NCBI GenBank assembly: GCA_045589295.1 | Contig: JAZNOU010000007.1 | Location: 1 to 64,000, forward strand | Length of the DNA stretch: 64,000 nt | Direction: 5' to 3' | Source of the DNA: Clostridia bacterium | Lineage (GTDB): Bacteria > Bacillota > Clostridia > RGIG6154 | Shown here: piece by piece, positions 1-9,353 of the stretch | Layout of the letters: the number at the start of each line of letters is the position of its first letter | Position numbering within the stretch: position 1 is the first letter of the stretch | Made by a program: the position numbers and the translations under genes | Notes under the pieces: model-generated | What the model was told of the DNA's origin: nothing | The model's input: only the letters and a program-made list of their open reading frames with translations | Database searches by the model: none

Positions 1-287
1 CTTTGAAATATAAGTAATGCGCTTTTACCTTTCAAATATCCCATAAAACCCGAAACGCTCATTTTGGGCGGGATACAAACAAGCATATGAATGTGGTCTG
101 GACATACTTCTCCTTCTACGATTTCTACGCCTTTCCATTGACATAATTGACGTAATATTTCCCTTATTTCTAAACGCTTTTCTTCGAAAAAAACTTTACG
201 TCTGTATTTCGGTGCAAACACTATATGGTACTTGCACTCCCATTTTGTATGTGCTAAACTATTTGTGTCTATGGCTTCTTTTTTCAT
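1..287 (-). CDS. tnpA: IS200/IS605-family Y1 (HUH) transposase, 5' part; runs off window start
   Basis: Not in ORF track. My translation: MKKEAIDTNSLAHTKWECKYHIVFAPKYRRKVFF...CPDHIHMLVCIPPKMSVSGFMGYLKGKSALLIFQ, with YHIVFxPKYRR and DHIH (HUH) motifs; GGAGG RBS upstream. Confidence 0.95.
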   Translation of the reverse strand, partial: MKKEAIDTNSLAHTKWECKYHIVFAPKYRRKVFFEEKRLEIREILRQLCQWKGVEIVEGEVCPDHIHMLVCIPPKMSVSGFMGYLKGKSALLIFQ

Positions 288-291
288 AGAT

Positions 292-357
292 AAATCCTCC
301 AATGTGTTTTTATTTTCGACTGGCAGGTCGCATTTATTATAACACATTGGAGGATTT
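292..357 (-). promoter_or_regulatory. 17-bp inverted repeat covering the tnpA RBS, with an internal extended -10 promoter
   Basis: aaatcctccaatgtgtt (292-308) / aacacattggaggattt (341-357); TGTGT-TATAAT on minus strand at 346-336. Confidence 0.75.
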
Positions 358-381
358 TTGTTCATCGGTTAACCTTTTTAG

Positions 382-404
382 AACCACGCGACTATCGCGT
401 GGTT
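382..404. repeat. IS200-type subterminal hairpin, probable TnpA recognition site
   Basis: aaccacgcga-cta-tcgcgtggtt, perfect 10-bp stem about 100 nt upstream of tnpA. Confidence 0.75.
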
Positions 405-414
405 TTCGTTATAC

Positions 415-444
415 AATAAAAGCAGGAGACATATGTCCCCTGCT
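415..444 (-). terminator. Intrinsic terminator of the envelope operon
   Basis: Minus strand agcaggggac-atat-gtctcctgct followed by tttatt. Confidence 0.7.
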
Positions 445-470
445 CTATTATATCAAATAATGTGAGCGTT

Positions 471-938
471 TTACTGTTTTATAATCTGCATAACATGCGC
501 TAAGAATTCAACATCGGGCGCTTTAACCTTTAATTCACTGCCAGAGCCAATATTTTTCTTTCCATCTACAAAGTATCCTTCATTCTTTGATATAACGTTG
601 GCTTCAACTGTAAGCAAAACATCAAATTTATCAGGAATTGTTGCCTGTACATATTGACCATCACTTCTGACTTTGATTTTTACCGCATTTGTTACTTCTT
701 TTTTCACAATTACGCCAAGCGCATTTCCATCTTCGTCATATATGTTACCCGAATCAGGAACAGCCTTAACAGTTAAATCCATAATGTCTTCAATTTTTAA
801 AGTATATTTAATTGGTATTGCATTGCTATAGGTGTTGCCGATTGTTGTTATATGGGAGAATTTGTAGCATAAAAAACAAATTACCGCACATATAAAAATT
901 ACAACAAAAAAGTCAATAATATTAAATTTTCTCTTCAT
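471..938 (-). CDS. DUF4330-like membrane-anchored protein
   Basis: KFNIIDFFVV N-terminal anchor and beta-rich body; paralog of the adjacent gene. Confidence 0.7.
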   Translation of the reverse strand: MKRKFNIIDFFVVIFICAVICFLCYKFSHITTIGNTYSNAIPIKYTLKIEDIMDLTVKAVPDSGNIYDEDGNALGVIVKKEVTNAVKIKVRSDGQYVQATIPDKFDVLLTVEANVISKNEGYFVDGKKNIGSGSELKVKAPDVEFLAHVMQIIKQ

Positions 939-939
939 A

Positions 940-1401
940 TTATTTCACCTCATCACTAACTGCTACAATTACACCATGACCTACAAAGCCCAAGCTTTTA
1001 ACATCAACAGATTTACCGACATATATATCATAATCATTAACAAAATGTGCTAATTCAGAATTGATTCCGTTCGCGACAACTTTAATAGTAACGTCATACA
1101 TGTCAGGAACTGAAGTATAAACATACTCCCCTTTTTCTTCACTATATTCATAATACTGTGATGTTTTATAAGAAAAATCTTTAATAGCACCAATATTAAT
1201 AATTTTAACTCCATCAAAAATATCACTGTTTTTTTGTATAGAGTTTACGGTTTCAAAGGGAATTTCTTTTAAAAGAATATCATAGCTGAATTCAACGGTA
1301 TTGCTGTTAGTAGATTCTTTGTTAAAAAAAAGCCAGCCAACAGTTAAAATTGCTAAAACAAGTAGTATTATTACTACATCAATAAAATTAAATTTTTTCA
1401 T
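940..1401 (-). CDS. DUF4330-like membrane-anchored protein
   Basis: Start reassigned to MKKFNFIDVV (AGGAGA RBS); same architecture as 471-938. Confidence 0.7.
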   Translation of the reverse strand: MKKFNFIDVVIILLVLAILTVGWLFFNKESTNSNTVEFSYDILLKEIPFETVNSIQKNSDIFDGVKIINIGAIKDFSYKTSQYYEYSEEKGEYVYTSVPDMYDVTIKVVANGINSELAHFVNDYDIYVGKSVDVKSLGFVGHGVIVAVSDEVK

Positions 1402-1402
1402 A

Positions 1403-2521
1403 TTATTTTCTCCTGACCAAAGATGAATAAACATCTTCAATGTTGTGTGCATATATATCAGCAGTATATTTTTCATTGTACAAATTCTTAGCACCTTCAG
1501 AAAGCTGTTTATACAACTCTTTATTATCTAACAATTTTCTCATATTTACTTCAAGAGCGATACTGTTTTTACTCTCAAATAGCAAACCATTAACTCCATT
1601 AACTACAAGTTCAGGATTGCCACCGTAATCAGATGCAATTATTGGTTTGCCTAAACTCATCCCTTCCAAAAGCGACAGGCTGGTTGCTTCTGTGCCATAA
1701 GAGGCATTAACATTCACATCAATAACATTCATAACAGAAGTAACATCTTTGATGTGCCCAGTAATTATTACATGTTCAGACAAACCCTCTTCATTTACAC
1801 GTTGTTTTATGTGTTCAAGATGTGCACCAGTTCCACAAATCATAAACTTAACATTATCATAGTTTTTTATTATATTTTGGGCTGCATCTAGAAAAAAGTC
1901 ATGACCTTTAATATCTTCAACTCTTGCAATCATAGCAAAAACAAATTCCGAATTCAAACCATAAAAATGTCGTGCATTTTCAAGTTCTTCAGGCAAATAG
2001 CATTTAACAGATTTAACACCATTTTTCAAAACAGTAATTTTTTTTGCTGATACACCGGCATCTGTAAGATTATCCATAGCTGCTTGAGCAACTGCAATAA
2101 TTTTATTTGATGTTAAATTATTAACAAACCCATTAACTAACTTACCTATCCCCTTGCTAATTCTGGGTGAATTTGGGAAAACACTATGGCGGGTATATAC
2201 AATAGGTATGCCGCACAGCTTGGCTGCAACTCTGGCAGAAAAACTTGCATGTGTATGGACGACATCAGGCTTTTCACGCTTAAAAATTTTAATGAATTCT
2301 TTAACTGCCAAATTGGAATATGATTGATTTTCCAGTCCAACTGTTTCAATAATGGGTGTTTTTGTTGTTTCAATATGTGGGATCAATTCACTGCCTTTGG
2401 GAACAATGACTGTTACATCAAATTTTTCTCTGTCGTAATGCTGCAGAAAAGTTAAAATACAACGTCCTGCACCACCAATATTATGGTCACTTGTAACATT
2501 AAAAACTTTAATTTTGTTCAT
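1403..2521 (-). CDS. Glycosyltransferase family 4 (GT-B fold)
   Basis: IGGAGR, KPDVVHTH, ARVEDIKGH, EATSLSLLEGMSLGKPIIASDYGGNPE motifs; start MNKIK after GGAGG. Confidence 0.9.
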   Translation of the reverse strand: MNKIKVFNVTSDHNIGGAGRCILTFLQHYDREKFDVTVIVPKGSELIPHIETTKTPIIETVGLENQSYSNLAVKEFIKIFKREKPDVVHTHASFSARVAAKLCGIPIVYTRHSVFPNSPRISKGIGKLVNGFVNNLTSNKIIAVAQAAMDNLTDAGVSAKKITVLKNGVKSVKCYLPEELENARHFYGLNSEFVFAMIARVEDIKGHDFFLDAAQNIIKNYDNVKFMICGTGAHLEHIKQRVNEEGLSEHVIITGHIKDVTSVMNVIDVNVNASYGTEATSLSLLEGMSLGKPIIASDYGGNPELVVNGVNGLLFESKNSIALEVNMRKLLDNKELYKQLSEGAKNLYNEKYTADIYAHNIEDVYSSLVRRK

Positions 2522-4388
2522 TTTTTGTCCTCCTTGAAACAATATCAACAATTGCACCAAGTGCTATATAGATCCAAAACAGCAAAAATATTCGATAATT
2601 GTACCAAACGTTATCAAACATTCCTTGCAATAAATATCCACCCATTGCAGCTACCAAAGCTGCAGAGATAGTTTTAAGTGACATATCTTGCGAATACTTA
2701 ATTACTGAAAATAATCTTTTAAAATACAATAAAATTATCAGCAGAAATGCAATGGCACCAACAATTCCTGTCTCAGTCAAAATGAGTAAATATAAATTGT
2801 GCGGATGTGGCGCAGATATTGCAGAATATGCATATAACGGATAGACAGAATTAAAAGCATCAGATCCAAGGCCTATTCCGGTCAACCAATAATCTTTTAG
2901 CATTTTAATAGTCCCTTCCCAGATATATACTCTGTAGGAAGTCGAACTGTCGGCAAGATTACCTACACTTAAGAATCTTGTTATAATTGAGTCTGGCAAA
3001 AAGAATACAGAACATACGCCCAAGACACAAAAAGCAGCGAAAAATTTTCTTTTTGATATAAACAAAAATACAACTACAGCAAACAAGACACCAATCCAAC
3101 AGCCACGAGAATAAGTAAATATCAAAGATATGCTAGCAAGCGCGACGGCAATCAAATGCAACAATTTTATATAGCTGTTTTTAATAACAAAAAAGCATAC
3201 AAGTGAGGTTAGAATTATTAAAATTAAGTATTCACCAAAAACATTAGGATTTCCAAAAAAAGAAACAACACGACCTGAAATCTCATCGAACATCTCAGTA
3301 TCAATCCACGTATTTTGTTCATCAAACCCTGTAAAATGCTGATATATCCCAAACAAAGAAACTGGGATTGAAAAAATTGAAATGCAATTCAAAGCAGAGA
3401 AAAGCATTTTTTTTGTAGATAACAATTTAATTAAAGCAAATGTTACACATAAAAAAGCAATGTAAACCAATGCGATCCTAATACTAGACATTTTTGAAAA
3501 AGAAAATATTGCTGAAAGAAAAAAAGATATGCCCATAAATAGTAAAAACATATTTAACAAATTTTGCTCATTAAACAATTTATCCTTAAATCCAAAAATT
3601 GTCTTAACAATTACACATGTAAATAATGCTAAACTTCCGCCCACCATTACCATTGTTGGCATGAAAGGTAGCACACAAACAAATATTATTGCTACTAAAG
3701 AAGTAAAACAGCAACTAAAAATTATAGCGATAAAAAGAAAAAAAGTTAATGTTATTGGGATAGCACCAAAAATAAACGAAAGTATACCTAAAACAAATCC
3801 TAAAACAATATATGTTTTTAAATTGTAACTTTCAGTGCTATCGTGTGATTCTGGCAAATCAAATCCTAATATTTTTATGGTATTTCGAACAAAAAAAGAA
3901 GTGTTAGTTAATGTGATAATACTTGATTTTAATATTATTAAGATTATACCAAAGCCCAAAATAATTACAGACAGTAAATAGGCAATTTTAATATCACGTG
4001 ATAATATAGAGCTAAGTAATAGTGATATACCCCATATTAAAAAGGTAATTCCAAAATAAACGAGAGGAATATTTAATAAATTGTGATAAGTAGTTGAAAT
4101 TTTAGTAAAAATCATGCTGTTTGTTATTGCTTTCTTAAGCGGTGCAAACATTCTTGTAAATAATTTTTCAAAAAAAGTTATAAAACATTTAAACTTGTTT
4201 TGATACAAGCTGTCGAATTCATCTGAGTTGGTGCATAATTTGAAAATGCAGCTTTTTTGTGTGGCATTATTAAACTTGCGATTTATACTTGTTAAGAAGT
4301 TCCATGTTTGGCTTTCAAAAATATGGTTGATAATTTTGCAATATATTTTCAAAATAAAACCAAATATAATAGAATGTTTTAACATCAC
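2508..4388 (-). CDS. O-antigen ligase/Wzy-like polysaccharide polymerase membrane protein
   Basis: RVVSFFGNPN, TYSRGCW, SYRVYIW, GIGLG and HPHNLYL motifs; many TM segments. Confidence 0.85.
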   Translation of the reverse strand: MMLKHSIIFGFILKIYCKIINHIFESQTWNFLTSINRKFNNATQKSCIFKLCTNSDEFDSLYQNKFKCFITFFEKLFTRMFAPLKKAITNSMIFTKISTTYHNLLNIPLVYFGITFLIWGISLLLSSILSRDIKIAYLLSVIILGFGIILIILKSSIITLTNTSFFVRNTIKILGFDLPESHDSTESYNLKTYIVLGFVLGILSFIFGAIPITLTFFLFIAIIFSCCFTSLVAIIFVCVLPFMPTMVMVGGSLALFTCVIVKTIFGFKDKLFNEQNLLNMFLLFMGISFFLSAIFSFSKMSSIRIALVYIAFLCVTFALIKLLSTKKMLFSALNCISIFSIPVSLFGIYQHFTGFDEQNTWIDTEMFDEISGRVVSFFGNPNVFGEYLILIILTSLVCFFVIKNSYIKLLHLIAVALASISLIFTYSRGCWIGVLFAVVVFLFISKRKFFAAFCVLGVCSVFFLPDSIITRFLSVGNLADSSTSYRVYIWEGTIKMLKDYWLTGIGLGSDAFNSVYPLYAYSAISAPHPHNLYLLILTETGIVGAIAFLLIILLYFKRLFSVIKYSQDMSLKTISAALVAAMGGYLLQGMFDNVWYNYRIFLLFWIYIALGAIVDIVSRRTKNEQN

Positions 4389-5920
4389 TACACCCCCTCT
4401 TTGTTTTTAATGTATTTGAGTTCATCGACTTTTAAAACTACTAATCCTAAAACATATAACAATATTGCAAAAAGAACACAAGTTCCCAAAATTAATAACT
4501 TCGTAATAAAGCCTGTGGCAACTTGACTGATCAAACCGTATAATGCATATGAAAATGCACACGAAATAACAGCACTAATAGTGGATTTTAAAAGTATAGT
4601 TAATAGTGATTTTAAGTCGATAAGTTTTAATTCTTTTTTTATTTTCAATAATAGATTTATGGAACTAACGTTTGATGCAATTGCAGCGGCAAGAGCTAAT
4701 CCCCCTACCCCCATTATGTTGTAAAGCAAAAAACTGAATAAAACATTGATACCAATTGTTAAAAATGCGTTCTTCATAGGAATAACAGAATTTTGCATTG
4801 AATAAAAACTTTTATTTAAAATTTCTTGCAAGCCATACCCTAACATACCAAAACTATAGAAAAATAAAGCCAATGCTGTCATTTTTACAGAATGTTCATC
4901 AAATGCGCCCCTCATATAGATAATTTCAATTATCTGACGTGAAAATACCAAGAACAAAATCATTATTGGTAATATAAACAAAATTCCCGATTTAATTGAT
5001 AACAATATAACATCAGAACATCTACTTTTATTGTTTTCAGCAAACAACCTGGAAAGTTGAGGCAAAATTAAATTTGTAACCGACATTGCAAAAACGCCTA
5101 CAATAATAATGTAAAGCTTGTTTGCATAATTTATATAACTCACTGCCCTGCCGCCATCAATAAATGATGCCAAATAAAGATTTATCATCACATTAAGAGG
5201 CTGGACCCAAGAGCTCAGTATAATAGGCAAAGCAAGTTTATATACTTTTTTCATTCCGGAGTGAAAAAAGTCAAACGATAAATTGAATGAATATTTAAAT
5301 TTAATTAAAGCCGGGATTAGAATAACAACCTGAAGAGCCCAACCTACAAGCATAGCAATAGCCAGCCCAAATATTCCGGCAAATCTGTTAAATAGTAAAA
5401 AGTAAATAACTGCAACTAGGTTTGAAGCTATACTCATTGCAGCTGGAATTTTAAATTCGCCATAGGATTGAACAATGCCTGCATAAGAGTACGCAACTGC
5501 AGTAAAGACCAAAGATGGAAACATAACTTTTAAGAGTTTAGAAGCCAAATTTGCGGTATGTACATCAAATCCAGCTGCAAGAAATTTAATGATGTGTTTT
5601 GAAAAAACAACACCAAACAAAGCTACACAAACAGAAACAATTAAAACAACTCCTAAAAAATTGTTTGCAAAATCGTTTGCAGCTTTCACACCTTCATTTT
5701 GATAATATTCGTTAAAAACTGGGACGAACGCCGAAACAATCGCTAATCCCAAAATCATATCAAAAAAATTAAGTGGTATTTGTGATGCTGTCAAAAAGGC
5801 CGAAGCCTGATCTCCCGTTCCATAAAAACCCGCCAGCAAGATTTCCCTGGCTTGTCCTAAAATTTTGGCAAACATCATTATAACAAACATACTTGATGCT
5901 GTTTTAAACACTTTATTCAT
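4388..5920 (-). CDS. murJ: MurJ/MviN lipid II-type flippase
   Basis: KILGQAREILLA, FVPVF and RGAFD MOP-family motifs; 510 aa. Confidence 0.9.
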   Translation of the reverse strand: MNKVFKTASSMFVIMMFAKILGQAREILLAGFYGTGDQASAFLTASQIPLNFFDMILGLAIVSAFVPVFNEYYQNEGVKAANDFANNFLGVVLIVSVCVALFGVVFSKHIIKFLAAGFDVHTANLASKLLKVMFPSLVFTAVAYSYAGIVQSYGEFKIPAAMSIASNLVAVIYFLLFNRFAGIFGLAIAMLVGWALQVVILIPALIKFKYSFNLSFDFFHSGMKKVYKLALPIILSSWVQPLNVMINLYLASFIDGGRAVSYINYANKLYIIIVGVFAMSVTNLILPQLSRLFAENNKSRCSDVILLSIKSGILFILPIMILFLVFSRQIIEIIYMRGAFDEHSVKMTALALFFYSFGMLGYGLQEILNKSFYSMQNSVIPMKNAFLTIGINVLFSFLLYNIMGVGGLALAAAIASNVSSINLLLKIKKELKLIDLKSLLTILLKSTISAVISCAFSYALYGLISQVATGFITKLLILGTCVLFAILLYVLGLVVLKVDELKYIKNKEGV

Positions 5921-5929
5921 AAAATTCTA

Positions 5930-6181
5930 TTAGTCCTCATTAACATAAAATTTAACGATTTCTTCCAATAGTTCATCACGCTCAAGCCTGGTTATGATTG
6001 CACGAGCATTCTGATGGCTGGTGATGTATGAAGGGTCGCCTGATAGAAAATATCCTACTATTTGATTAACAGGATTGTATCCTTTTTCTTTTAAAGCAGC
6101 GTAAACCGTATCCATAATTTCCCTTGCTCGTTCCTTAGTATCTTTGACAACTTTAAACTTTACTGTTTCGTTATGGTTCAT
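5930..6181 (-). CDS. ireB: IreB/ReoM (UPF0297) regulatory phosphoprotein
   Basis: ETVKF phospho-Thr region; [23 protein letters not shown]. Confidence 0.92.
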   Translation of the reverse strand: MNHNETVKFKVVKDTKERAREIMDTVYAALKEKGYNPVNQIVGYFLSGDPSYITSHQNARAIITRLERDELLEEIVKFYVNED

Positions 6182-6216
6182 AATACGACTCCTTGTTTTA
6201 AATTCTATATATAGTA

Positions 6217-6245
6217 ATTATAACATATTATATGTAAAAATTCAA
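6217..6245 (-). promoter_or_regulatory. SigmaA promoter upstream of ireB-murJ operon
   Basis: TTGAAT-17 bp-TATAAT with TG extension. Confidence 0.7.
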
Positions 6246-6256
6246 GTAAAACCATT

Positions 6257-6281
6257 AAAAAAAGCCGCATTTAGCAGCTTT
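6257..6281 (-). terminator. Intrinsic terminator
   Basis: Minus strand aaagctgc-taaat-gcggcttttttt. Confidence 0.6.
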
Positions 6282-6705
6282 AACGTTTGCGTTTTTTAAA
6301 ATTCATATTTACTCCCACAATACCCCCTAATGCAGAAAAAAGCATAATAAAAATAAGCTTAAATAACAAAGTAAGTATGTTGAGGTTATGAGTAAATAAT
6401 ACGCCTATACACATTATAAGAGCATAATAAGACGCACCAGAAATCAATCCTGCTAACCAGCCATTGTTTTTGGTATTAACTCCTGATAAAAAACCACTAG
6501 CCAAAGCCCCTAAATAAAGTGCCATACTTGCAAGAGTTTTTACAAAATCAATTTTTAAATTAGTATATGAAAGGACACATGCTGAAACTATCAAAAGTAT
6601 TATAGCAAAAAGCACCCCGAGCACTACACTAAATGCAATTCTTTTTATATTTACTCTACTTCTTTGCATAGGTTCGCTGTTTTTTATATAGGAAATTTTT
6701 TTCAA
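6280..6705 (-). CDS. TIGR04086/YrzE-like 4-TM membrane protein
   Basis: NGWLAGLISG and GGIVGVN motifs; TTG start after AGGAG; next to yajC as in Bacillus. Confidence 0.75.
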   Translation of the reverse strand: MKKISYIKNSEPMQRSRVNIKRIAFSVVLGVLFAIILLIVSACVLSYTNLKIDFVKTLASMALYLGALASGFLSGVNTKNNGWLAGLISGASYYALIMCIGVLFTHNLNILTLLFKLIFIMLFSALGGIVGVNMNFKKRKR

Positions 6706-6739
6706 AAAAAGCACGCTCCTTATTAGCATAAATTACTAA

Positions 6740-6768
6740 ATGATATGCAAAGGGCGTGCTTAATATTC
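6740..6768 (-). promoter_or_regulatory. SigmaE-like sporulation promoter
   Basis: gaATA-16 bp-CATATCAT. Confidence 0.5.
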
Positions 6769-6772
6769 AATA

Positions 6773-7102
6773 TTATTCAGCTGTTTCGGTATCGTCAGAT
6801 TCTTCAACTGCATTTTCGGCGTTGCTGCTTGATTTAATAACTTGTTTAACAGCACCAAGTTCAATTTTAACTTTGCTATCACCAAGCATTACTGTAAGAG
6901 TATTGTCTTTCAGGGCAACCACTTTAGCGTAAAAACCACCGATTGTTAAGATTTGATCACCTTTTTTTAATGAAGAAATCATCTGTCTGTGTTCTTTATC
7001 TTTCTTTCGTTGTGGCCTTATAAGTATAAAATAAAAGATCGCAATTATGAATGCAAGATAAATCCACATACCATACTGAGCTAAAAATTGTTCCATAGGC
7101 AT
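6773..7102 (-). CDS. yajC: Preprotein translocase subunit YajC
   Basis: FYFILIRPQRKK...LKKGDQILTIGG. Confidence 0.95.
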   Translation of the reverse strand: MPMEQFLAQYGMWIYLAFIIAIFYFILIRPQRKKDKEHRQMISSLKKGDQILTIGGFYAKVVALKDNTLTVMLGDSKVKIELGAVKQVIKSSSNAENAVEESDDTETAE

Positions 7103-7133
7103 AAATTATGCACCTCCAAATGTATTTTTAAAT

Positions 7134-7162
7134 ATTTTACCATATTTTATAAAAAATATCAA
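7134..7162 (-). promoter_or_regulatory. SigmaA promoter of yajC
   Basis: TTGATA-17 bp-TAAAAT with TG extension. Confidence 0.6.
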
Positions 7163-7165
7163 CAG

Positions 7166-9340
7166 TTAAATTAAAGATAATTGTTCGCCATCTTTATCTT
7201 CAGCAACAAGCTTACTGCCTGCAGAAGGAAGATTTCTGGATTTATATGGTTTGGGGTCAGAAATTCCTGCATTTGCAAGTAAGTCAAGTTTTATCATTTT
7301 GCCACGTTTACCAGGGTTGAAAGTTTTAACTCCCTGCGAGCTTCTTGTAACTTTTTCAGGGATCATTGATGAATTAAAAACAAGAGCTTTTTCATTACTT
7401 CCATAAACAATCAAATCACTGTCTTCGGGAATATACACACAACCAACAAGCACACTATGATCGGAATATGCTTTAGTAAGCATTCGTCTGTTTGTTTTTG
7501 TTATATATGCACTAAGAGGAACCTTACAGGTTCTACCGTCCTCATAACCAAACATCATGAAACCGGTATATTCACCCGCTAAAGTAGTATATACAATTGT
7601 TTCTCCATCTCCAAGTCCTAATAAATTAGCCAAATACTCACCTAAATCGCTAGCTTTAACGCTGGGAATGTCATAAATTTTAAGTTTATATACATTACTT
7701 TGATTAGAAAATAATAATAGTTCTTCCTTGTTTGATGTTTCAATTTCTTGTACTATTTCGTCGGTATCTTTTAGTTTTTGGATATTGCTTGCTCTTAAAG
7801 ACACAAGTGAAATCTTTTTGATATAACCATGTTTTGTAGTGAAAATTTTAAGAGAATAATCATCAATATATTTTTCAGGAGAGTACTCAATCTGGTTATC
7901 TTCAGCTGAAATTATTTCAGTCAGCCTATCTTTACCATATTTTTTAGAGATTTCTTGGAGTTGCTTTGAAATCAAGATTTTGATACGTCTTTCACTCTCA
8001 AGTGTTACCTTTAAATCGTCAATTTCTCTTTCCAAATCAGCAATATCAACAATATTTTTTAATATATATTCTTTGTTTAAATTTCTGAGCTTTATTTCAG
8101 CTACAAAATTTGCCTGAATTTCATCAATATCAAATCCTTCCATAAGAGAAGGAATAACCATTGAATCTTTCTCTGTTTCTCTAATAATTTTTATTGCTTT
8201 GTCTATATCAAGCAATATTTTTTCAAGGCCCCTGAGTAAATGTAATTTTGCCTCTTTTTTTGACAAATCGAACTTGAGTGTTCTTTTTACGCAATTAATA
8301 CGAAACTTCACCCATTCACCCAATATTTGCTTGACACCGAGAACTTTTGGCATGCCATCAATTAAAACATTGAAATTGCAACTAAATGTATCCTGAAGTG
8401 TAGTAGTTTTAAATAACATAGACATAAGTTTTTCAACATCAATATTACGCTTTACGTCCATAGTAATTTTAAGACCTGACAAATCAGTTTCATCTCGGAT
8501 ATCAGTAACATCCTTTAGTTTTCCTGCTTTAATTTGTTCAATTACCTTATCGATAATTACTTCTGCAGTAGTAGAATACGGAATTTCAGTAATCTCAATG
8601 ACATTATTCTTTTTATCGTAATTATATTTAGATCTAACTTTAAAGCTGCCCCTGCCAGTTTCGTAAATTTCACGCATTTGTGCTTCATTATACAAAATTT
8701 GACCACCACCCGGGAAGTCTGGAGCTTTTAAAATTTGTATCAAATCCACTTTTTCATCACGCATATACGCAATTGTTGCACCACATATTTCACGAAGATT
8801 AAAGCTGCAGATTTTGCTCGCCATACCTACTGCAATACCCTCATTAGGGTTTACTAAAATATTAGGGAAAGTAACCGGTAAAAGTTTTGGTTCTTTCATT
8901 GTTGCATCATAATTATCCTGAAATTCAACAGAATTTTTATCAATTTCCGAAAAAAGCTCTTTGCAGATTTCATCCAGTTTTACCTCAGTGTATCTGGAAG
9001 CCGCAAATGCCATATCTCGTGAAAATTGTTTGCCGAAGTTTCCCTTTGAATCTACAAATGGGTGCAAAAGCGCAGCATTACCTCTGGTAAGACGCACCAT
9101 TGTTTCATATATAGCCATATCACCATGGGGATTAAGTCTCATAGTTTGTCCTACGACATTGGCTGATTTTGTTTTCTGACCTGTCAAAAGACCCATCTTA
9201 TACATTGTGTACAGAAGCTTTCTATGTGATGGTTTGAATCCATCAATTTCAGGAATTGCTCTTGAAACAATAACACTCATTGCATAAGGCATATAATTTG
9301 TTTCAAGAGTGTCAGCTATTTTTTGCTCAGTAAAATTCAT
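7166..9340 (-). CDS. Type IIA DNA topoisomerase subunit A (ParC/GyrA family, divergent)
   Basis: RAIPEIDGFKPSHR, PHGD, catalytic AASRYTE, GIAVGMAS; no GyrA-box seen; start MNFTEQ after GGAGG. Confidence 0.9.
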   Translation of the reverse strand: MNFTEQKIADTLETNYMPYAMSVIVSRAIPEIDGFKPSHRKLLYTMYKMGLLTGQKTKSANVVGQTMRLNPHGDMAIYETMVRLTRGNAALLHPFVDSKGNFGKQFSRDMAFAASRYTEVKLDEICKELFSEIDKNSVEFQDNYDATMKEPKLLPVTFPNILVNPNEGIAVGMASKICSFNLREICGATIAYMRDEKVDLIQILKAPDFPGGGQILYNEAQMREIYETGRGSFKVRSKYNYDKKNNVIEITEIPYSTTAEVIIDKVIEQIKAGKLKDVTDIRDETDLSGLKITMDVKRNIDVEKLMSMLFKTTTLQDTFSCNFNVLIDGMPKVLGVKQILGEWVKFRINCVKRTLKFDLSKKEAKLHLLRGLEKILLDIDKAIKIIRETEKDSMVIPSLMEGFDIDEIQANFVAEIKLRNLNKEYILKNIVDIADLEREIDDLKVTLESERRIKILISKQLQEISKKYGKDRLTEIISAEDNQIEYSPEKYIDDYSLKIFTTKHGYIKKISLVSLRASNIQKLKDTDEIVQEIETSNKEELLLFSNQSNVYKLKIYDIPSVKASDLGEYLANLLGLGDGETIVYTTLAGEYTGFMMFGYEDGRTCKVPLSAYITKTNRRMLTKAYSDHSVLVGCVYIPEDSDLIVYGSNEKALVFNSSMIPEKVTRSSQGVKTFNPGKRGKMIKLDLLANAGISDPKPYKSRNLPSAGSKLVAEDKDGEQLSLI

Positions 9341-9353
9341 ATTATCCTCCGAA

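Larger units (their letters stand above)
1..415 (-). mobile_element. IS200/IS605-family insertion sequence, left end; boundary approximate
   Basis: tnpA plus subterminal hairpin 382-404, inserted just downstream of a host terminator. Confidence 0.85.

Noticed and set aside
6205-6214. CTATATATAG palindrome upstream of ireB as an NrdR box
   Set aside because: Flanks do not match, it is a single copy, and the sequence is low-complexity AT
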